From assembly GCA_965202585.1 (NCBI GenBank), contig OZ241828.1, positions 56,978,001-57,042,000 on the forward strand: DNA of 64,000 nt. The letters are read 5' to 3'. Made by a program: the position numbers and the translations under genes. This document shows positions 36,391 through 46,254 of this stretch, piece by piece (the stretch's first letter is position 1; the number at the start of each line of letters is the position of its first letter). The notes beneath the pieces are model-generated. The model made no database searches. It saw only the letters and a program-made list of their open reading frames with translations, and had not been told where the DNA came from. This DNA comes from Thalia democratica. Its lineage: Eukaryota.

Positions 36391-37419
36391 ATGCGTCCGA
36401 AGATAGATATTACCTTGGAAAACTTTTCAGAAACCTTAAAAGTCATTAATCAAACATCTTTTTTTACTATTTGGCAGTCTAGTCCAAAGGAAGCATCTGA
36501 GGTGTTTGTCAAGTTTGTACTTACTGGTTGGAGGAAGTTTAAGAAGGATAAGTTTCTTAAAGAAACTTACAAAGTGAGAAACTTTTTTATTAACAGGAAG
36601 ATTTCAAACGTAGAAGACTTGAGATTAAGTTATGGTCAAGTCCCGGAATATTCTTCGAGAGTTATGTTGGGATCTGAAAAGATTAAGGAAGTGAAATGCA
36701 ACTCTAGTGATAGTAAAAACCAAAACCAACCAATTGAAAGTGTATCCGGAGTTGGAACCTTCACTTGAACAAACCCTACATAATGTAAGTAACCTTTTAT
36801 TTTTATTTTATATTATTTATTACAGAAAGTTTAATAAACATATCTTAGGACAATGTACTAAATAAAGAAACTCAATGCTCGTCAATAAAAAAAGTAACAG
36901 CTAAAAAAAAACAAGCATTTGAAACTCTACCAGAAGAAAGTGAAGAAAATATACAGATTGGGAGGTAATATATATTTTTTAATTTTAAGTCATTATATTA
37001 AATCAAAATATAAATATTTTTTACTTACAGGACCAGCACATCCAAATACCCCTATGCATCTCCTTTCCCCATTTTGTTTTATATGTTGGGGCGAAGATGA
37101 GATGAATGAGGATGAAGAATCAGTAGAAATCGAATGGGTGCGTATATTATTTGATATACCTTACAAAAATTGCATTTTAAATTTATTTTCAACTTTTAAG
37201 AGCTATATACAGAGATCTATACTATATACAGATACTATATACTGAGATAACTTCAAAACGAAAACTAAAATAAGTTATTTAAAGTTTTTAACGTATGATA
37301 TTATAATATTTATTTAAGATACTATATTTCAGACGGATTGTTCTAGTTGTGCAAGATGGTTTCATAAAAGTTTAGCCAAACAAAAAAATAAGGATTTTTT
37401 TTGCGATTTATGTACTTGA
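36391..37419 (+). pseudogene. Intron-containing, degenerate PHD-finger-like cargo gene inside the foldback element
   Basis: Exons 37031-37137 and 37333-37419 join in phase 0 to give CFICWGEDEMNEDEESVEIEW|TDCSSCARWFHKSLAKQKNKDFFCDLCT* (C4HC3 spacing, one Cys replaced by Leu). Upstream pieces (ORF 36391-36768; donor GTAAGT near 36785; exon about 36826-36963) need a frameshift and a stop read-through to join. Confidence 0.6.
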
Positions 37420-37831
37420 TTTAATTTTTATTCAAATTAAGCATAAATTTAAATTAAGCTTACATTAAAAGTTATTGTTAAAATTGTTATTTTTTTGATT
37501 TTCAACTACTTCATTCAATATTGCATCATTTTGACACTTATTTTGTCGTGCAGTTATTTTCAAGTTTTGTTTAAACATTTTTCATTTTCTCAACATTTTT
37601 CATATACATAAATACCATTTTTAGTTTAAAAAGTTCATTAATTGTTTGTTCGTAATTCATTATATAATGAAGAGCGGTTAATTGTTATTCTTTTTTAATT
37701 CCAAATTGAAAAAACTCGTTCATATATCATTCATTTTGCATTAATATAATATTTCGTTTAATAAAAAAAGCGTTTAGTTATTGTGATATTATTATGTTTA
37801 CTATTGTGATATTGTTAAGCTGTTTATTTAT

Positions 37832-38800
37832 AGTGACGTCATAAATGAATTTTCTTTTAAATTTTAATTTTGCTAGAATTGTTACGTCATACTGATTACG
37901 TATACGAATTTTGGGTTCGATTGAACGAGTAACTTTGACGTAAACATTACGGAAAGCACAGTTTTTTTTATTGTGACGTCATAAATGAATATTTTTTTTT
38001 AATTTTAAATTTGATAGAATCGTTACGTCATACTGATTACGTATACGAAATTTGGGTTCGATTGAACTAGTAACTTTGACGTAAACATTACGGAAAGCAC
38101 AGTTTTTTTTATTGTGACGTCATAAATGAATATTTTTTTTTAATTTTAAATTTGCTAGAATCGTTACGTCATACTGATTACGTATACGAAATTTGGGTTC
38201 GATTGAACTAGTAACTTTGACGTAAACATTACGGAAAGCACAGTTTTTTTATTTTGACGTCATAAATGATTTTTTTTTTTAATTTTAAATTTGCTAGAAT
38301 CGTTACGTCATACTTATTACGTATACGAAATTTGGGTTCGATTGAACTAGTAACTTTGACGTAAACTTTACGGAAAGCACAGCTTTTTTTATTGTGACGT
38401 CATAAATGAATATTTTTTTTTAATTTTAAATTTGCTAGAATCGTTACGTCATACTTATTACGTATACGAAATTTGGGTTCGATTGAACTAGTAACTTTGA
38501 CGTAAACATTACGGAAAGCACAGTTTTTTTTATTGTGACGTCATAAATGAATATTTTTTTTTAATTTTAAATTTGCTAGAATCGTAACGTCATACTGATT
38601 ACGTATACGAAATTTGGGTTCGATTGAACTAGTAACTTTGACGTAAACATTACGGAAAGCACAGTTTTTCTTATTGTGATGTCATAAATGAATATTTTTT
38701 TTTAATTTTGAAATTGCTATAATCGTTACGTCATACTGATTACGTATACGAAATTTAGGTTCGATTGAAGGAGTAACTTTGACGTAAACATTACGGAAAG
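37832..38800 (-). repeat. Tandem array, same 141-bp unit in reverse orientation, about 6.9 copies (right arm)
   Basis: GCACAG anchor at 37956, 38097, 38238, 38377, 38518, 38659; reverse complement of the left-arm unit. Confidence 0.95.
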
Positions 38801-40891
38801 TAAATTTTGAACTTTTTTGTTTTGCACTGCGAGAAGTTTTACATCTGAGATGACTATACATGCAAAAACTTGTACCAAATATTGTATACAATAACACATA
38901 TTGTTAGAAGAAAAATGTGACTCACAACTAAGGTCAATGGATTGGTGTGGAGAAAGACCTTTCGGTCATCGAGCTGCACAATATTTACTTGTAACTAATA
39001 CTTTGAGCTTACTTTAAAACAATAATGAAAAAATAAAAGCTGAAAAAGTAACTATATATACATTAATTTTTTTTTAAGTTTAAAAATAGGAAGCACCCTA
39101 TTTTAACCCATTACTGCCAATATTGACCATAGAAACCATGGGCTTCCACACCGTCTCCTCCCCTAGATTTCAATTTTTATGATCATGTACATACACATTT
39201 TTCTTGTTGCCCTCTCAACAAGAGCAACCACAAAAAATGCAACAAATATCTCAAAATTGAATAAATGGGGAGCGTTAGTAATATTAGTATACATAAAATA
39301 ATTAGTAATGTCATAAAACTGAAAGAGGGCCATGTATTTTAAAATAGTGTCTTTAAATTTCTAGTATATGTGTTTGCAGGTAAATGAAAATTAGAGCAAA
39401 AATAAAACTGTTTTACTGATTTGTAAACAATTCAGTTTTTGTCAATAAAATCTAGCACTAATAATTGATTGAATTTGTTTAAACTACTCAAAATAAAGTC
39501 ACTCTTAACACTAAACAGCTAAATTTTAAAAATAAATAATAAAAATTAACAGATATTCTGAAAAAAATAAAGTAATAATAAAAGTATTTTAATTTAGTTA
39601 AATAAACTATTTTTAAACCTCAAACTAATTTTTAACAAATAAAATAAATAACCTGAATGTCTAAAAAATATCAAGTTTTACACTTAAGTTTAAAATCTTT
39701 ATATTCTGAAACAAATGAACATTTAATATCTAGTAGACAAAAAATTACAAAATAGAATTAATAAAGAAAAATAACACATCTACTTGTATCAATGAAAGGT
39801 TCTATCAATTCTATCAATGAAGACAAAAGAAGACTATTAAATTTTATATACAAGAAACAAATTAAAAAAGTTTATATAATAAATAAAATAATAAAACCAT
39901 CCTACACCAATCCAGCTCTACTTACATCCAGTTTATGAGACCAATAGCAATCAGCCCAAAACAGTACAAACACCAATACAAAGATATAAGTTTAACTATT
40001 GGTAAAGATTAGGCTTGATATTTTTCTAATTGTCTTTAACAACAATCTTAAGGGCATAGAGGGGGGTTGAACACCCTTTTTTGGTTTTTGATCCTATTTT
40101 ATATAGTTTTTACTAAGCTACAAGATGCTTTTTACAAATTTGAAAGATTCAAAATGATTTTTGAGATATACAGGGTTGCCACACACTCAGGGAACTCAGG
40201 GAATCTCAGGGAATTTTCAAACTGTAGAAAATCTCAGGGAACCTCAGGGAAACTCAGGGAATTTTGGCATTTTTCTTTTAACTCAGGGAAACTCAGGGGA
40301 AGTTTTGATTTTTTCTCTAAATTTCAGGGAAGTTTTTGAAAATCTCAGGGAAATTTTTTTCTAGATCTAGAATGAGGTTTAATTAATCCAGATTCAATAT
40401 TTTGTTCAAAATTAGTAATTTTTATTATTTAAGTGGTTATTTAGAATTTTTTAGCCTTGCGGCTAGTTCTTAAATATTCTTAGTATTAAAATTGTAGTTT
40501 TTTTAATTTAAAATTTATATTAACTTAAGTAAAATCAAACAGTTTAGAGAAATGAAAGTTGTTGTTAACTATTCATTGAAAAGTTCTAATAAACTTTTTA
40601 TTTTTAGTTACTTATGTAGTTTAAAAAACACTATGTTGTACTATTAGTTCTTATTTTTTAAATAATAAAGTTATTTGTTATTTGTTTACAACTACTTGTT
40701 TTCAGTAAAAAAAATTAAAATGAATACAGATTAGTGTTGTATTACTTTTGTTAAAAAAATAGAGGTTAAATTTTTGTTTATAAATAATAATTTCAAAAGT
40801 AGTAGCAGTAATGGTAACTAATTTTTTATTAATGTTTTAATATACTTCACAACTTTTTTGTAGATTTAATTTTAAAGCTTTTTTAAGTATT

Positions 40892-42810
40892 ATGAGTAAA
40901 GTACAGTAACCTCTCGCTTATTTACGCACATTGTGTCCACAGAAAAACTGCGTAAAGATACGAGAGATCGTAAAGATGATAGGTATTAAATTTACTTACT
41001 ATAATGGCTGTTTTTTGATATAGCTTCTAGTTAAAAGCAGACTGGTACTTTACTACTTTTAACAATTTTTTCACTTAATTTATTAATATGAAAACAAAAG
41101 ATAAAACTATACATCTATCAAAAAAAGGATTTTAATTTATATAAAGTGATAATACTTGTAAAATTATTTAATTAATTTTAATAAGTATATTTTATCTTAA
41201 TGTTTATTTACATGTGACTTTTTTGATACTTAACATTTATATTCTATTGTACATAGCAAATTCTATTTATAATTAAGCTTTTGTTTACAACTAAGAAATG
41301 GTGTGATGTTTATATTAAAATCTGTTTCTATAGTCTTTTACAAAAATATGCATTTGGTGCTGTAATGGATTTCTTCTTCTGAACAAAAATATGTAAAATA
41401 TAAGAAAAATGTTTATGCTACTATAACTTTGCTAATTTTGCCCACATAAGGATAAACTTAAATTTGATCTCCTATTGTTAACAAAATTTCTAATATACTT
41501 ATGTATAACTAAATGTTCATTAACGAGTCAAGGACATAAGTTAACAAAATATAAAGATATAGAGAGGTAAGTTAGCATTAAAAAACATACTTTAAATTAA
41601 AAATATACAATAAACCTAATTTAAGCAATACTAGAATAAATTAAAATTTTTATTTTTCAAACTTTAAGAATTCTAAAATGCGTAACTAAACGAGATTGCG
41701 TAACGTCATGAGTGCGTTAAGATGCGAGAGGTTACTGTACAGATTATAACCTTGTTTAAAAAAAGTTGGCTTAACCATGAAGACTTCAAAGATTGGTTAC
41801 TTGAGGATGTAGACAAAGAGAAGTTTAAATGTAATTGGTGTGGTGATGATACACCAATGGCCTTATCCAACATGGGTATAAGGGCATTGAAATCGCACAG
41901 TATGTTGAAAACATCTTAAATTGAAAGCCTCTAAGAGTAAAAATAATGCAATTACTTCTTATTTTGGTGGGGCTAATAGTTCAACTAGTATATCAGCTGC
42001 AACTTCTTCAACAGCTGCTGAAATTTATTGGGCTCTCAAGTGTACCAAAAAAACTGGTCAGGAAACTCTTGCGATAATAATAACACTTTATTCACTACCA
42101 TGTTTCCTGATAGTGAAATTGCAAAAAAGTTCTGCATGAATAGAACCAAATATTCATATATAACAAACTTTGGTATAGCCCCTTTTTTTAAAGATGTCTT
42201 AAAAAAAACAATTTTGTGCTCGTCTTTTTATTCCATTTCATTTGATGAGTGTTTCAATAAAGTCTTGCAAAAAACTCAACTAGATTTGGTGGTGAGATGC
42301 ATGAAGAAAAAAAAAGTACGCTGTCAATATTTTACATCAGCATTTTTAGGTCACTGTACTGTAGATAATTTAAATAAAGCCCTATTGACCGAAATTCAAG
42401 AGTTAAACCTAAAAAATTTGATCCAAATTTCAATGGATGGACCAAATGTGAACGTTGCTCTTGCAAAAAAAGTTGACTTTGATAGAGAGGCGTCAGGTCT
42501 ACCTCAACTTAATAACACAGGGTCCTGCAGCTTGCACAAAATTCATGGTGCATTCAAGTCCGGTGTTGAAGCTACACCTTGGAAAATAAAAAATGTTTTA
42601 AAACATTTCCATTGCTTATTTGATCACATATCGGCCAGAAGAGATGACTATGTAACTGAAACTGGGACAACCACCTTTCCTTTATCATTTTGCGCCACAA
42701 GATGGTTAGAGTCAAAGCAGGTAGCTGACAGAGCCATTTTAATTTGGCCTAATGTTGTTAAAAAGGTACAGTACTGGAAAAAACTGCCTGGTTACAAACC
42801 TTTTAAGATT
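40892..42810 (+). pseudogene. hAT transposase remnant
   Basis: Reconstructed start MSKV|QIITLFKKSWL split by a MITE. BED-like zinc finger CNWC...H, then MFPDSEIAK, FDE (first catalytic Asp), MDGPNVN (second Asp), CSLH (CxxH) and TRW. Frameshifts near 41910 and 42050; C-terminal catalytic Glu and dimerisation region absent. Confidence 0.88.
40904..41737. mobile_element. Tc1/mariner-pogo-type MITE, 834 bp, TA target duplication
   Basis: TA|CAGTAACCTCTCGCTTATTTACGCAC ... GTGCGTTAAGATGCGAGAGGTTACTG|TA; about 26-bp imperfect TIRs beginning CAGT. Its removal restores the transposase frame. Confidence 0.85.
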
Positions 42811-44659
42811 GAGTTTTTGAAAACAGTTTTTTTTATAAATTTAATGCATAAGCATACACATATAACCTTCCTTTTATTATTAAAGAAGAAAAATGAGAAT
42901 GAGGTATTAATAATTTGTGTTAGAAGAGAAATTTTTTTTTTAAGATTTGAAAAATACTCAGGGAAACTCAGGGAAATTTAAGGTTACTCAGGGAAATTTT
43001 TGGTCACTCAGGGAAGATTTTTTGGCTCAAAGAGTGGCAACCCTGGATATAGCCGGTCAAAGTCGGAAGCAACAATAGGTTCCTTATGGAAAGCGCAAAC
43101 TAAAATGGCAGAAATAGACTATTTCACTAAAAATCTATCTCCTCCTACGTTTTTTGAGATAACTACCTCAAATTTTCAGGAAATGTTCCTTGATATTTTT
43201 TAAAAATTCTGTCGAAACAGATTTTATATAAAAATTAAACAAAAAAAACAGTTTTTTTTTAGTTTTTTTGTTATAAAATTTTTAGTATTAAGTTTATAAA
43301 ATTCTGTTCGGACAGAATTTTCTAAATACATCAAGGAACATTTCCTGAAAGTTTGAGAAAGTTATCTCAAAAAACGTAGGAGGAGATAGATTTTTAGTGA
43401 TTTCTAGTTATTTACCATTTTAGTTTGCGCCTCCCATAAGGATCCTATTGTTGCCTCCGACTTTGACCGGCTATATATCAAAAATTATTTTGAATTTTTA
43501 TAATCTGTTAAAAGCGTTTTGTAGATTAGTAAAAACTATATAAAATAAGATCAAAACCCAAAAAAGGGTGTTTACCCCCCTATGCCCTTAATTCTAATTG
43601 GTAACTTGTTGAACAATACTAATCATAACAGTAAAAGTATACTATCTTAAGGTCATTAAAAATGAATAGTGAATAAAAATTAATGAAGTTTAGCAATATA
43701 ATGTTTAAGTTTTATTAGTTTATGATAAATAAGTCTCCTTATATTTATGTATTTATGAAATATAAATTTTAGCCTAAAACTTTTGTTAAAAAAGATATCA
43801 AATATAGTATAATTTCAGCTTGATATTGGTGTGACATCATCCTAGGTATTTACCATTAGTTTATGACAAATAAAAACAATTAAATTAAATGTTTAATAAA
43901 AAAAATGAATTAAAAAATAATAATTGAATTTTCTTTATCTATAGAATTCAATTTTGAGAAAATATTCCTTTATCTGTATTTTAACTCTGTATCTACTTAT
44001 AAAAAAAAATTATTGACCAAAACTTTCAAAAACCCCTGTTTTTTTTAATGAAGCCTTTTTCTTAAAACTACAATAGTGATTGTATTTTCTAATAAACTAA
44101 TTATAAAAAATCAAGTTTGAAAACTTCCATAATATAGTTTTAAAATGATGAAAATTTTAATTAATATTGTGCTTTTAGATTACATCTTCCTTATGGAACC
44201 TGTTTTGGTCATAAATTTCGATACCTTATACCTCAAAAGCTACCTGTATTTTTGTTAAACTGTTAAGTATCTAGTAGCTAAGACAAAAACTTACAAAATA
44301 AGACCAACTTATATAAAATATAACGGATTACCTCTGGTCTTAATGCAAATAAAAAAGTTAAAATATATAATATTTTTGTATATAATGTTTTGAATGAAAA
44401 AATATTAAGTTGAACTTAATTTTGTAAAAAAATGTAAACTGCAGTACAGTAAAAAATGGACTTCAGTTTTTATTATTCTTTTTAGTATTGACTGTTTATT
44501 GTAGTTACTAGAAAAACTTGATTTACAGCATAAGTTATTACAATTTTTTATCTCATTTATGTTTAAAAGAAAAACTACTATAATACTTAGATCAAGAATT
44601 TTATCCCTCATCTCATTATTGACATTACACAAAAAAAAAATATACTATAACATTCAATT

Positions 44660-44945
44660 TTCATCAGGAATGTTTAAATCAGGGATCCCTGAAGTAGGTC
44701 ATATGGCCCACTTAGAACCATTACAAAAACTTAGTTGGCCAAAAAAGGCCAGCCAAGGGGGCCATTAGTAGTAAAGGGACCACAGGGGGCCCATGAGGTC
44801 ATAATTTGAAATTTAGACTAGATATTCTAGACTTAATGGTGAAGAGCAAAAAAAAAAGGTCTTAGGTGTATTTAAGGGTAGTTTTGAAACTTAAACTAGA
44901 TATTCTGGTGTAGATGGTGAAGAGCAAAAAACAGTCTTAGGCTTA
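44660..44945. repeat. GC-richer repeat relic with an internal about 78-bp direct repeat, possibly a decayed DNA-transposon end
   Basis: ACTAGATATTCT...ATGGTGAAGAGCAAAAAA...GTCTTAGG occurs near 44817 and 44895; no matching TIR or TSD found. Confidence 0.35.
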
Positions 44946-46254
44946 TAAAACAGTATTGTTTTGAGAAATCTTGTCCAAGGAGGCTGTAGCTTTTTAATTT
45001 CTTTAAATGGGGTATAATGAAAAAAAGGGAAAACTGAGTTAACTCAATACATGTTTATATACCTATTCAAATTTAAATACTAAATAAGTATTACTTGGTG
45101 TGAAAGCATTAAACTAACTTTTTGTAGGGTTGCTAAGAAATCAGGCTAACCAGGATAACTCTAGTTAGTTATAATTCTTTTGAAAAACTCAGGCTGACCT
45201 AAACTAGTTTTATAACTTTTATCTAAGTTTTGTTTCAATCAAGTTGTTTTTTTATTATTTTGGAATTTGTAAGTAATTTAACACAGTAAGTAGTTTTTTT
45301 TCAAAACTTTGCTTATTTTTTTTCAATTTTGTATCAAATCAGGGTGGCTTTTTTGTCTTAAAGAGTTGCAATCCTGTCTATTTTTCAGTCTTTTTGATTT
45401 GTCAACACCATAAAAAACTAACTTAACTTTCAATTAAGTTTTTTTTTTGTTTTAAACTTGTTGTTTCTACTATATTTTTTTTCTGCACTGAATATTACTA
45501 GAATTGAAATAATTTATTGGATCTTTATTCGTAGACCCACTGATATATCAGTGCAAAAGGTAGTTTTAGGCAGTAAAAAAACTTGGAGCTGAAGTTTAAT
45601 TTCTGTCCACTTTAACTAGTACTAGTAATTGTTTAACAAAGTTTTTTATCAAAGTAAAAATATATGTTTAGTAATACTACACTGCCTTAGTTTTACATGC
45701 AAATAAAGCAAATAATAAATATTTTAAACTGATTTTGAATAGTTGTTTATTTAAAAACTTTCTACAAAAGGATAAATAAAAAATGCTTGGGTTAAGTAAG
45801 TTTATGAAAAATAAAATTTTCTGACAATTAAAATCTGAAAGACATCTATCATTGTATAGTTATTACTGTTGAATTAACATGATATTTGTTATGCAACTAT
45901 AAAATTAAAATATTATCTGACTCTTTCAAAAGTAGTATATAAGTATATATATTAGTATATATATAAAATAAGTATTCAAGTTTAGTTAAGTATGCTCAAT
46001 AATTTGAATTAGTTGTTTTCAAATAAGATAATAATCAGGAGCAAAATATTTTTCATTAAACTTTTTATTGTTTTAAACTATGTATATAAGTTTAATATGT
46101 ACTATTCTTAACTTAAACTAAGTATATTTAAAAAGTTAGACTATATTTTTGTAAAACATAAAATATTAATTTGATCTCAAGTATTGTAGTTATAATATAC
46201 TTTTTATCAACACAGATGAAAAGTTAAGTTTATGTTAACAAAACTGCTACCACA

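Larger units (their letters stand above)
34632..38844. mobile_element. Foldback-type DNA transposon derivative, 4213 bp, 10-bp TSD, long inverted arms built from 141-bp arrays
   Basis: Exact flanking repeat CTGAGATGAC (34622-34631, 38845-38854). Termini ATGT...ACAT with about 40 bp of imperfect TIR sharing AGTGCAAAACAAAAAGTTCAAAA. Inverted arrays at 35115-36066 and 37832-38800. Confidence 0.85.
40171..43045 (+). mobile_element. Defective hAT DNA transposon, 2875 bp, 6-bp TSD
   Basis: 12-bp perfect TIR CAGGGTTGCCAC / GTGGCAACCCTG, flanked by GATATA on both sides; multiple CTCAGGGA subterminal repeats at both ends; contains a broken transposase. Confidence 0.9.
40052..43587. mobile_element. 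Palindromic TTAA-flanked MITE (Kolobok-like ends), about 655 bp when empty, interrupted by the hAT element
   Basis: TTAA|GGGCATAG at 40048-40059 and CTATGCCC|TTAA at 43580-43591. The left arm (40052-40170 plus 43052 to about 43230) is the reverse complement of the right arm (about 43290-43587). TTAA target with purine-purine ends is the Kolobok pattern. Confidence 0.82.

Noticed and set aside
35115-38800. Regular arrays as CRISPR
   Set aside because: Units are contiguous near-identical 141-mers with no unique spacers, there are no cas genes, and the context is a eukaryotic transposon.
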